From Callorhinchus milii (lineage: Eukaryota): a stretch of DNA of 64,000 nucleotides. The notes under the pieces were generated by a model. The model made no database searches and was not told the origin of the DNA. It saw only the letters and a list, made by a program, of their open reading frames with translations. Within the stretch, counting starts at the first letter, position 1. Each line of letters opens with the position of its first letter. A program made the position numbers and the translations under genes. Where the stretch lies: positions 53,012,001 to 53,076,000 of the forward strand of contig NW_024704742.1 in NCBI RefSeq assembly GCF_018977255.1, read 5' to 3'. This document shows positions 37,201 through 47,500 of this stretch, one piece after another.

Positions 37201-39423
37201 GTTTTCAGGTATTCAATACTTGCAAAGTTATATGCCATCCAAATACACATTCAAGAACATTCTACGAGATGGTTTTGTGTTATGATGCACGTTATGCACG
37301 ACTGAATGTAGAATATCAACACCAACATACAACAAACTAGTACTTGCATTTATATAGTGCCATGAACATCTAACATCTTACAGCACTTTACAGCGACAAA
37401 GATGAACACTAGAAGCAGAGAGGGTGGGGTGTGTTTGTGTGTGGAATGGAGGAGACTATAGGCATAGTCAACGAGGTTGTTTATCGTGTGGCTTTTGAAG
37501 CCAGTTAGAGGCACCAAAACAGGAGTTCCAGAAGGTGGAGGCATAGTGGCTAAAGGCTTCGCTGCGGATGGTGAGGACAAAGAATGAGCAAAGTGGACGA
37601 CCAAGATAGTGAAGCTATAGAAGATCATAAAAGTACAAAGGTTTGAGGGCATTGAGATTTGTAGGTGAGGACCTTTAAGTCGACTGTTGGGAGATCGAAC
37701 CAGTGGAGCCTGATGAAGATGAGAATGTGAAACTTAAGTGTGCATGTTGATGCAAGCCACATGTTGGATTGCCTGGAGCTGTAGATAGCAGAGCTGAGAA
37801 GGGCAGTGAATAGTGAGAGACTATTTTTAAAACATCACATGGGAGGTAACAAAGGCACGATTCAGGGTTTTGGTCTCATTCAGCATGAAATATGGATGGA
37901 GATGTGGTGAAGGTACAGACAAGTGGGCTTAGCCAGGGACTGGATTTAAAGGAGGAAAGAGAGCCAAGAGTTGAACTCCAAGGTTGTGCACTGGGTCAGT
38001 AAGTTGCAGTGAGTGACTGCTGTATTTGTGTCTTTTATATTCTGACTGAAGCATCAGGTTTTCATTTTGCAAGAAAAACATTTGGACCCTTTAAAGAACA
38101 CTAACATACTCCACTGTTGTGGAGCTGGGGAGACCAGCAAGGAGGCAAGATTATTATTATGTAATGAGAGAAGACTTAACAATTTGCATTTATATAGGAC
38201 CGTTCAATGTGCAGTAGCGTCCCGGAGAGCATGAAACCAGCATCCCACTAATTTCCTTTTTAGGCAATTTCTCATTCAGAAATCTTAATTTCATAAAACG
38301 TTTCACTGAAGCCTCAAACAGTCCGTTCACTACCGATTTCCATCTGCAAACCGAGTAACGTTCTCTTTCTCTATGACCGTTGCCTTCAGCTCCCCTCTCG
38401 ACTCTCTACCCCCTCCTCGCTCCCTCCCTCCCCTCCCCCTGACCATTTCCCCCCTCCTTACCCCCCTCCCCCTGACCATTTCCCCCCTCCTTACCCCCCT
38501 CCCCCTGACCATATCCCCCCTCCCCCTGACCATTTCCCCCTCCTTACCCCCCTCCCCCTGACCATTTCCCCCCTCCTTACCCCCCTCCCCTGACCATTTC
38601 CCCCTCCTTACCCCCCTCCCCCTGACCATTTCCCCCTCCTTACCCCCCCTCCTCCTGACCATTTCCCCCCTCCTCGCCCCCCCTCCTCCTGACCATTTCC
38701 CCCCCTCCCTTCCCTCCCCTCCCCCTGACCATTTCCCCCCAATGCTCGGGTCCCGACCCAACTGCCCAGCGCCTTGGGACGTCCTCCCGACGTGAAAGGC
38801 GCTGTGTAAATGCAATCTTGTTGGGTGTCGTTGTTGCTGTTGGTGTTGCTGTTGCGAGATTGCCGACCCGCCGGCACTGAATGAGTCTCAGCGCGAAGCC
38901 ATGTGGTTTTTGCATTAAACGCTCTTCGGCGGAGGGAGGGAGGGAGGGGGGGGGAAGGCGTTTCAAAACCCCGCAGCCCCCGAACGCGTTTGCATTTTAC
39001 TCTCGGATGCATCCAGACGGGATACCATTTTTTTTCTCCCCAAAATAGCCTTCGGGCCATCCCCGGCTCGCAGACGGAGCCCCTGATCAGCGGCAGCGTG
39101 CGAGTGAAATGGAGGGGAGTGGGGGGGGGGAGCGGCGGGGGCTCGGCTCAGGAGATCACCAACACTAGTGCGGGGTATGTTTATGCAATGTGCCCGTCTC
39201 GGCAAAGGGCGGGCGGGGGGTTAGGGGGGGGGGGGGGGGGGGGTTGGGGGGTGGGGGGGGTTGGTGGGGGGGGGTTGGGGGGTGGGGGGGTACGGGTTTA
39301 CCTGTGTTGCAGCGCCACCAGTCCCAGGGCGATCACGTGAGGCACATCCAGATGGGTGGGCCAGTCTCCGGCCGCGACGCAGCCGAACACGCCGCAGTCC
39401 TCGCCGATCCCCTCGGACTCCAT
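16025..39423 (-). CDS. PPAT: Amidophosphoribosyltransferase (glutamine PRPP amidotransferase), complete, 513 aa
   Basis: 11 exons: 39423-39302, 33634-33568, 31164-30958, 30425-30313, 28961-28816, 26071-25993, 23626-23475, 19827-19700, 18607-18386, 16700-16580, 16209-16025 (1542 nt, ends TAA). Propeptide then CGVFG Ntn nucleophile, QHRGQES, GHTRY, HNGE, PRPP loop [11 protein letters not shown], Fe-S Cys in CIFE, PCYMG and CTAC. Confidence 0.98.
16580..16700 (-). CDS. PPAT: PPAT exon 10
   Basis: [29 protein letters not shown]. Confidence 0.96.
16780..17260 (+). mobile_element. Degenerate CR1 LINE 3' fragment
   Basis: LYKTLVRPH...[17 protein letters not shown]. Confidence 0.75.
17455..17765. 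repeat. TG-rich low-complexity repeat
   Basis: Degenerate (TG)n/(TGTCTC)n. Confidence 0.85.
18386..18607 (-). CDS. PPAT: PPAT exon 9
   Basis: [22 protein letters not shown]...DDSIVRGNT...GAKE. Confidence 0.97.
19700..19827 (-). CDS. PPAT: PPAT exon 8
   Basis: [11 protein letters not shown]...[15 protein letters not shown]. Confidence 0.96.
19875..22900 (-). mobile_element. L2-clade LINE, about 3 kb, frameshifted ORF2 (APE endonuclease + reverse transcriptase) in PPAT intron 7
   Basis: ETWVTPG and LILGDFNLH (APE); [41 protein letters not shown] (RT) split over several frames; 3' tail GGGACGTCCTCCCGACGTGAAAGGCGCTATACAAATGTAAT(GTT)n. Confidence 0.93.
23475..23626 (-). CDS. PPAT: PPAT exon 7
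   Basis: [11 protein letters not shown]...[17 protein letters not shown]. Confidence 0.96.
23940..24275 (-). mobile_element. Degenerate DeuSINE
   Basis: Reverse-strand similarity to 13705-14115. Confidence 0.6.
25580..25942 (-). mobile_element. tRNA SINE, long-middle variant
   Basis: Same head and tail as 667-991 plus an extra middle segment also seen at 50150-50230. Confidence 0.8.
25993..26071 (-). CDS. PPAT: PPAT exon 6
   Basis: [20 protein letters not shown]. Confidence 0.93.
27390..28155 (-). mobile_element. L2 3' fragment
   Basis: YVDNTQLY...LSDIKSWM through to the L2 tail. Confidence 0.88.
28816..28961 (-). CDS. PPAT: PPAT exon 5
   Basis: IRNLM...[17 protein letters not shown]. 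Confidence 0.95.
29150..29277 (-). mobile_element. SINE 3' fragment
   Basis: Near-identical to the tail of the SINE at 1959. Confidence 0.85.
29570..30110 (-). mobile_element. Older degenerate L2 fragment
   Basis: Degenerate match to the L2 3' region. Confidence 0.6.
30313..30425 (-). CDS. PPAT: PPAT exon 4
   Basis: [21 protein letters not shown]...DWVAR. Confidence 0.95.
30958..31164 (-). CDS. PPAT: PPAT exon 3
   Basis: GMGLVN...GIGHTRYST...AHNGELVNA. Confidence 0.96.
31830..32780 (-). mobile_element. L2 5' (endonuclease-proximal) fragment interrupted by a CR1 tail
   Basis: [31 protein letters not shown]; collinear with 21700-22330. Confidence 0.8.
32378..32583 (+). mobile_element. CR1-type LINE 3' end
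   Basis: [23 protein letters not shown], then GGCTCGAGGGGCCGAATGGCCTACTCCTGCTCC and (TTCTTATG)n. Confidence 0.85.
32968..33150 (-). mobile_element. SINE 3' fragment
   Basis: Reverse SINE body and tail. Confidence 0.75.
33568..33634 (-). CDS. PPAT: PPAT exon 2
   Basis: [22 protein letters not shown]; not in the ORF track. Confidence 0.93.
35430..36560 (+). mobile_element. L2 3' fragment with two nested SINE pieces
   Basis: RT C-terminal region and L2 tail. Confidence 0.88.
35491..35780 (-). mobile_element. Near full-length SINE nested in an L2 copy
   Basis: L2 sequence (CTCCCCCAT...ATCCGTGCCATGACC) is contiguous on either side of the SINE. Confidence 0.88.
37320..38010 (-). mobile_element. 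Old degenerate L2 fragment
   Basis: Degenerate match to the L2 3' region. Confidence 0.5.
38420..38740. repeat. C-rich ~30-bp minisatellite in PPAT intron 1
   Basis: About 10 copies of CCCCTGACCATTTCCCCCCTCCTTACCCCCCT. Confidence 0.93.
39302..39423 (-). CDS. PPAT: PPAT exon 1
   Basis: [19 protein letters not shown]...LQHR. Confidence 0.95.
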
Positions 39424-40250
39424 GGCTCCGGCTTTCACCCTCTCAGCACGGACGGACGCCACAGAGAGAGAGAGAGGGGAGGGAGGGAGGGGGAGGGTGG
39501 GTGGGGGGAGGGAGGGGACCCGTCGACCAAACCGCGCACTTCTCTCCGAAGCGATGACCCGCATCCGGGACGGACTTCACTTTCTCTCACCAACACGCGC
39601 TCTCACGGACATAGATTTTGTAACTGCCCCTCCGCGCGCCGACCCCGCCCCCCCTGCGCCCCCCCAGCGCTGCGCCGACCCCGCCCCCTGCGCCGCGTCG
39701 ACCCCGCCCACCAGCGCCGCCCCCCCTGCGCTGCGCCGACCCCGCCCCCTGCGCCGCGCCGACCCCGCCCACCAGCGCCGACCCCGCCCCCCCCTGCGCC
39801 GCGCCGCTCGCGCACATGTGCTTCTCCAGTGGGGCCAAAGCCGCACCAACCCCCGGACAGGAAGCGAGCGTCGGGGTGCGCGGGGCGGAGTGGGGGAAGA
39901 GAGGGAGGGAGGGGGGGAGGGATTTAAATAAATTATGTCGCAGTTGACGAACTACTTCTTTCGGTGTTAGACTGATTCTTGTGTTTTGGCACAGGATCAG
40001 GTTTTCGAAAGGGCAGATTTACAAAGGCAATCGGGAATTTCTACTTTTTTTTCGCGCGGTTTTGAACATCGCCTCCATCTCCCCCCCCCCCCCCCCAGCT
40101 AAGAGTGTATTTTGGTACATGCCACTCACGCGCCCCCGCCCCGTCCTGCCCCGCGCCGCCGCCGCCGCCACCGCCTGGCGCGAGCTGATTGTTTAAAAGT
40201 TTGAATTCGGGCCGTTCAGAACGTGCGGCGGTTGGGAAGCGTCAGGTAAG
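39424..40250. promoter_or_regulatory. Bidirectional CpG-island promoter shared by PPAT and PAICS
   Basis: Head-to-head genes; very GC/CpG rich; tandem GC boxes 39633-39806; E2F-like TTTCGCGC at 40050; probable non-coding PAICS exon ending CAG|GTAAG at 40245. Confidence 0.85.
39633..39806. repeat. Tandem GC-box repeat
   Basis: Six copies of GCG(C/T)CGACCCCGCCC. Confidence 0.9.
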
Positions 40251-40514
40251 AGCGGCGGCTCCTCAGACCAGCTGTCACCACCACCACCCACCACTTCGTG
40301 TGTATCGGCGGTGCCCCCGGTTATTAGTGAGTAACCCTGAGCGGGGGGGGAGGGTGTGTGTGTGGAGTTGTATCACTCCCAACACGCGGCCGCCCGAAGG
40401 GGACCAGCACCGGTCCTTACTGTGTCAAACCTCTCCACATGGAGTGACTTGAGGGCGAGGGGCCACGCAACCCGCTCAGCACGTGCAGAAGAGGGTTTGC
40501 CTGAGTACAGGAGG

Positions 40515-41060
40515 GAGGAGGGTGTGTACAGAGTGTGTACACGGGGGGAGGGTGTACACGGGGAGGGTGTGTATACAGAGGGTGTACATGGGGGGAGGGT
40601 GTACACGGGGAGGGTGTGTACAGAGTGTGTACACGGGGGGAGGGTGTACACGAGGGGAGGGTGTACACGGGGAGGGTGTGTACAGAGTGTGTACACGGGG
40701 GGAGGGTGTACACGGGGAGGGTGTGTATACAGAGTGTGTACATGGGGGGAGGGTGTACACGGGGAGGGTGTGTACAGAGTGTACACGGGGGAGTGTGTAC
40801 ACGGGGAGGGTGTGTATACAGAGTGTGTACATGGGGGAGGGTGTACACGGGGGGAGGGTGTACACGGGGAGTGTGTGTACAGAGTGTGTACACGGGGGGA
40901 GGGTGTACACGAGGAGGGTGTGTATACAGAGTGTGTACACGGGGGGAGGGTGTACACGGGGGGAGGGTGTGTACAGAGTGTACACGGGGGGAGGGTGTGT
41001 ACACGGGGGGAGGGTGTGTACAGAGTGTACAGTGTATGGCGGGGTGAGTGTGTACGGGGT
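40515..41060. repeat. G-rich minisatellite in PAICS intron 1
   Basis: Interleaved GGGGAGGGTGTACAC and GTGTGTACAGAGT units. Confidence 0.95.
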
Positions 41061-41505
41061 GGGTAATACACATGTCTGTGTACAGAGGGGTGGGTGGGTT
41101 TGTCTGTCTATTACATGGGGTGCATTTGCCCACGTTTATTGCAGGACTGGGAGTTACCTGTACGGGTTGGTTTTGTCAATGTGCTATGGTTTTGTGTAGG
41201 GGGTGAGAGGCGTGTTGGCCTGTGCTCGGAGTGACCAGGGGAGTGGGTTTGCCAGTGTGGGGCGTGTGTACGGGGGAGGGTTTTGTATGCACTACAGAGC
41301 ATGTGCAGAAGTAGGAGGGTTGCTCCTGTGTGGTGGGAAGGGGAAACGGGAGGTTGGCCCAAGTGCCGGGTGACTGCACAGGGATAGCGCGGATTTGTGT
41401 TGTAGAGTTTCTTGTTGACCGAAAGGGCTCAGGTCCGGGTGTGCCGTTTCTTTTCTGAACTGTGTGTCATTTTATCAGCTTTCAGGAGTGCAGAATTTAC
41501 TGAGA

Positions 41506-41521
41506 ATGGCGAATCTTGCAG
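41506..41521 (+). CDS. PAICS: PAICS first coding exon (16 coding nt)
   Basis: ATG GCG AAT CTT GCA G|GTGAGT; phase 1 fits the next exon; upstream acceptor(s) near 41478/41485. Confidence 0.8.
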
Positions 41522-44500
41522 GTGAGTGAAAGTAAAACTGTTTATTTTGTGGGGTTGCTTGGTTGTTTGCACTTTTGCTTCCCTCACCAACATGGGTACA
41601 CTTTGACTTGAATTCCAACTGATTGTGCACTGATTGTCCATTTCTTTATATCTGGCCCTTTGTTTACTTTATATCTTTATTGGGGTAAGTACCAATCTGG
41701 TTGGTGTTAAATTGATTGTAAGGTTTACTGATTGCATTAAGTAACTATTGTTCTTTATCACCTATTGAAATTCTGAGATGTATCCATCACTTAATTTGAA
41801 GTTTTTGATTTTTTTTTGCATGATTCATTCTACCCCATGAGTGCTGATTACACTGATGTTTATTCCAGATGCATTTTATATCTTTCAGCATTGTAAGTTG
41901 AACTTTATTTTTCTTTTAAACTTCCAATAGAACTGAAGATTGGCAAAAAGCTGAATGAGGGAAAAACCAAAGAGGTGTATGAACTACTGGATTCTCCAGG
42001 ACAAGTATGGATTAAATCAAAGGATCAGATTACAGCTGGCAATGCAGCCAGGAAAGATCAGATGGTCGGCAAGGCTGCTTTGTCCACAAAGACCACAATT
42101 AGTATTTTCAAATTGCTTCAAGAAGCTGGTAAGATTCATCAGAGATCACTTGTTTTTTGTTTCACTAATCTCTATCATATCGTAAATGATTTGTAATTCT
42201 GCCCGAATTCCAATACTAAAAGTGTCACTCAGGCTCAGTTGCAAGCCCTTGCTTTGGACTCAGAAGGTTGTTGGTTCAAGTCCTACATCTGAACTTTGAG
42301 TTCATAGTCTAGGTTGACATTCCAACGTATGCTGAGAGAGCACTGCTTTGTAAGTGGTGGTTTAATGTCTCGTCTGAAGGTCAGGTACCTTTGACAATGC
42401 AGCAGTCTCCAATGTTGCATTCCAATGTTAGCCTGAACTACAACAACAAATTACATTTGTATAGCGCCTTTCATGTCAGAAGGACGTCCCAGGGTGCTGG
42501 ACAGTCAGGGATCTGCTCCTGAGCTGGTGGTTGGGAGCAGAAGAAGTGGAACGTGGGGCGGGTTGGGGCAGGAGGATGACTGAAGGCACAGTTGAAGAGG
42601 GGGGTCTTGAAAGAGCCAATGGAGGGGGCGAGGCGGAGGGACTGTGGGATGGAGTTCCGGAGGATGGGGGCAGAGAGGCTGAAGGCCTGCCTGCCAGTAG
42701 TGGGGTGTGCAAGACAGGGGATGTGAAGCAGGCCAGAGCCCACTGAGTGGACAGGTTGGTAGGAGGTCCTGGAGTAGGGTGGAGCAAAGCTGTGAAGGCT
42801 TTGAAGGTGAGGACCAGGATCTTGAACTGTATTCTCTTGAGTGATGGAGAGCCAGTGGAGTCGGGCAAGGATGGGGGTGATAGGATCGCAGAGCCTGGTG
42901 AGGGAGAGGACACGGGCTGCAGAGTTCTGGATGATCTGCAGCCCGAGGAGGGAGCAGTTGGGGAGGCTGACAAGCAGGACGTTTGCGTAGTCTGGCTTGA
43001 ATGTGATGAATGGGTGGATGAAGGTCTTGATGGCTGCGGTGACAGGCAGTGGCAGAGCTGGGCAACGTTGCAGATGTGGGGAAAGACGGAGTAATAGCCC
43101 GGATGTGGGAAATGAAGAACAGTTGAGGGTTGAATAGGACCCCAAGGTTCCGTATTGGCACTGAGGTATAGAGTGCATCCATGAAGGGTGATGCTGTCAG
43201 CACTCGAGTTGATGGAGCCAAGCAAGAGGTTCTTGGTATTGTTGACATTCAACTGGAGAAAGTTAGCTATCATCCAGGACTTGGATGTCCAACAGGCAGA
43301 CTGAGGACAGCAGTGGTCCTGGAGGCGGAGAGGTACATTTGGAAGTCATACACATATATGTAGAAGTTGACCCTATGTCTATGGATGAGGTCAGCAAGGG
43401 GGAGTATGTAGATGTTGAAAAGAGAGGACCTAAGAAAGAGCCCTGAGGGACACCACATGTGACAGTGGGAGGGCTGGAGGTGAAGTCAAAAGTGGAAATG
43501 GTGGGAGAGGTAGGATTTGTACCAGGCAAGGGCAGGTCCGTGAAGGTTGAGCTGAAAGTGGAGGAGGATAGAATGATGTGGCATAGTTGTGATGTGGGAC
43601 TTGAGCCCACAACTTTGTGACCCTGAGGCAAAAGTGCCACTGAGTTGGGCTAAGATCACTAACTAGCTTAGCTGTTGCCTGCAGTGTCTTCCATTTCAGT
43701 TACTATCTGGTAATTACAATATAAAAATCTAAAGTAGAATTTGCAGAGCTCTAATTGTTAATGGTCTGCACAATGTTTGAGTGAAATCAGAATGAAACCA
43801 GAATAGTCCTCGGTTTAGTATATTATCAGGTGGTATAAATTGGGTTTAATCTAGACTATTTAGTTTAAGTACTTTGCATTTTGACTGAATTATGTGACTT
43901 AAGGTTCAGTAGTCTTGGATTTCTGGATTGACTTGTTTCGCTATGTGCAGTATAACAGATTGCCAACTTCATCTAAACTGTTTTTGATCTATGATGAGCT
44001 GAAGCCTTTGTGCAGTAGATTTGACTCTCATGCCAAATTTGCAATGTAAAATGGAGCCTTTTGTGTGTTTGGTAGTCAGCTGGTTTGGCTGGCTGTTTGC
44101 AGTACTAATGAATTTCTTGTGCATTTCTGCCATTCATTTTTTTTATTTTAAAGGCATCAAGACTGCCCTTGAGAAGCAACATGGAGATACTGCATTTATT
44201 GCAGCTCACTGTGAAATGATTCCTATAGAATGGGTTTGTAGAAGAATTGCCACTGGCTCATTTCTGAAGAGAAATCCTGGTGTAAAAGAGGGTTACAAGT
44301 TCTGTCCTCCCAAACTGGAGATGTTCTTTAAGGTAGCTACAACTTTCATATCCATCAGGTGGTTGTGGCTGAATTTTTTAAAATAAGATTTCTCACTGAA
44401 GTATTCATATTAAAAGTAGATTCTATTCTGTACCTTTTAGGATATGTAGGATTGAATTCATAAAACCCTACAGATTTCAGCAGACTCTGCTAACTGCACC

Positions 44501-47500
44501 AGAAGGTCCCTATTTCATTCTCCATGTTCTCTAGTCTTATCTAATTGCCTTTCTTCAATTCAGTAGCTCTTGTATATGTTCCATATCCTATTTGTTTAAT
44601 GAAAAACTTACCTTTTATGTTTCTAGTAATCTTCAATTTATACCTTCCCTGTTCATGTTGGGTAAATCACTATTCATCTTCTTGAACTATTGTTACAAGC
44701 CCCTCTTAATCTTCACTAACCTTCTTGACCCCTGCTTCTTCCCCCCACCCTCCACCCTCCCCAACCCCCAGCTCAGGTCCATAAGATAAATCTTTGCATT
44801 TATTCCTAAGTTATTCAAATTCATCAAACTATAATAGTATTGTTTGAACTTTTATTTAGCTGTGATTGTAACTTAATTCTCCATTTAAGAAGAGGTATTC
44901 CAACTTATGATAGTGTTTGGCCAAGTAGGTAACGTGTACAAAACTCTTTTCCTCCTCACAGATTTTTTTTTAACCACCAGAATGCACAGTCAGCAGATCA
45001 TTTTTTTTAACCTAGAAATAAATAATGGTTAACCTAAGAAATGTTATCTTAGGTTCTGTGTACATAGAATGGCCTTGCATCCTTTAGGTTGGGTTATATT
45101 TTCCTTCAAAGAATAAAGCAGTAGGAAGATTTTGCTGGATAAATTCAGCAGTATCTGAATGAACACATTGGGGTTGAGAAAAAAAAACTTTGCTTTTGCC
45201 AACCCATAGCTGAGTCCAGAAATAGATAAGGTGTATATTGAGCTGTTCTATAATAATCCTTGCATTTGATATGGTGCTATTTATGTCAGGGGGTTGTCTT
45301 GAAGTGCTTCACAGGATTTTGCTATAAAGTGACTGTTAATGCATTTCACAGGCAAATGTGGCTAATTTGTACACTGGAGTGTAAGCCTAGACATAGTTCA
45401 AAGGCCTGACATGGGATTCAAACCTATAGCCTTCTGACTCTGAGATGAATGCTTCCAACTGAGCCAAGCTGGTGGCTGGCTCTGGTGAATGGCTCACATT
45501 CTGCATTTTATAGGAAATTCAATCCATAAAATCTCTGTAATATGATGTATTACATGTGTGTATATAATATATAGCTGTAGATGATGGAGTATAATGCAGG
45601 ATCTTTCCATCTATGAATATAGAACTGTCACCCTCTTCCTTGTAAATGCACCAGTTTATTTCTGGAAGTGGAATGCCCACTGTGATCTGTTTTGGTTATA
45701 GGATGATGCTAATAATGATCCACAATGGTCTGAAGAGCAGCTGCTTCAGGCTCAGTTTTATTGTGGTGGTCTGCTAATTGAGCGATGTGAAATGGACATC
45801 ATGAATCGTACCACATTGGCTGTGTTTGAGATACTGGAGAAGGCTTGGGCCACTCAGGATTGCACATTGGTGGATATGAAAGTAAGTCATTAGTTTTTAA
45901 AAAAACTTGCACTTCGTGTTATTTTTACAAATTACTTACTTTGATTTGCTTTTTACCAGGTGGAGTTTGGGGTCTGTGTTTCTACCAAAGAGATTTTACT
46001 TGCTGATGTCATTGATAATGATTCTTGGAGATTATGGCCTTCTGGGGACCGAAGCCTGCAAAAGGATAAGCAGGTTGGTTTTCATCCTAAAGTGAGACTT
46101 GGGACTTCAATTAGAATTAATGTCCTTCCTTATTTTGTGACCTTAATGCATTTTTTTGTAGATTGACAATTTCTGTTTATTAAGAATCCTATCAGTTCTT
46201 CCATTGTTGGTAACAGGTATTTAGATAACATTTAGATAACAGTGAAATTTGAGAGGCTTTCATTTTTCAGGTCACATTGAGTGTAGCAAATTTGTGCCCA
46301 TATAGCAAAGATGGGTACCAATCCAGCATTGTTGAGTACTTTGAGATGTCCTCCTGATATGAATGGTTCTATGTAAATATATATGACTTTAGCTTTCAAA
46401 ATGAAGCATAGTCGATCGAGATTTCATTTTATCCACTTTTGTTGACCCAAATTCTTTGAATGTTTAATCTTTATTCATAAACTGTTAAAAGTATAGATCC
46501 CAAATACCAGCCACTGTTACAAATTTACTGTGGCTTCCTGATTGCAGTCTTATTTGTCACCCATGTATACTTTACCTCTCCCAACAAATGATTTGTGGTG
46601 CTCATTCATTTTGGCAAAACTATGGTACAGGTCTATTCAAGAGAACCATTGTCCTTAATGAAACTTTGTATCATCAGGTATATCGTGATCTTAAAGAAGT
46701 GACTCCTGAAGCTCTGCAGATGGTCAAACAGAACTTTGAATGGGTGGCAGAAAGAGTACAGGTATGATTTTTCTGTAATGTAATTTTTCCAATTTAGATG
46801 TGATACTAGATATTTGTGTATTTGTCTCATCTCCAAAGCATTAACCACAGTAAGGTATTTGTGTGAGAACCATGCACTTTGAAATAGGAAATTTGATGCA
46901 ATGCACAGCCAAGTAACCAGCAAAAATAACTAGTATGGAGGAAGAGTTTAGCTTTCATTACATTCGAGTTGGATAAACTTTGCATTGGAAATGACTTGTA
47001 TATAACTTAAGTCCTTTTTTAATTACTTTGAGTTCTCAAAACTAACCTCTGGTTTGGTTTTGAGAATAAAATTATAAGCATTTGAAATCATTCATCTATG
47101 AGCAGATTTTTCTTATCTTTCTAGAATGTATTGCATTGCTGTATAAATGTGTTAGTAAAACAAACATTTTATGTTGTCCATTCAATCATCTTTTGTTTTA
47201 ATGTCTCAATGTATTTCCTGTAATATACTGTGTGAAAAAGTTACTTACACCAATATCTGAGGTCTATAGAAGAATAAGTACTGGGTATCTTGCTCTGATG
47301 CTTTGGTCATTTTCCTGGATTATGACTGCTTCAGAAAAGCTCCCAGAAACATTTGAAGCTCCAGTTCCCATTAAACTTTCAAGTACTCCAGGTTGATGTT
47401 GCCATAAGTCCTCCATGTAATAGATTTGAGACCCACCCCCCAGGAATGGAGGTAATGGGTTCCAGATTACCAAAAAAGTCATTGATTCCCATTCTTCACT

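Noticed and set aside
37710..37742. CTGATGA...GAAAC hammerhead-like motif
   Set aside because: Stem II is mismatched, the cleavage triplet would be GUG, and it lies antisense in an old L2 fragment
39190..39931. GC-rich ORFs across the promoter
   Set aside because: Low-complexity translations of the CpG island and GC-box repeat; no recognisable domain
40356..41199. Long ORFs (169-238 aa) in all six frames
   Set aside because: Artefact of a stop-free minisatellite
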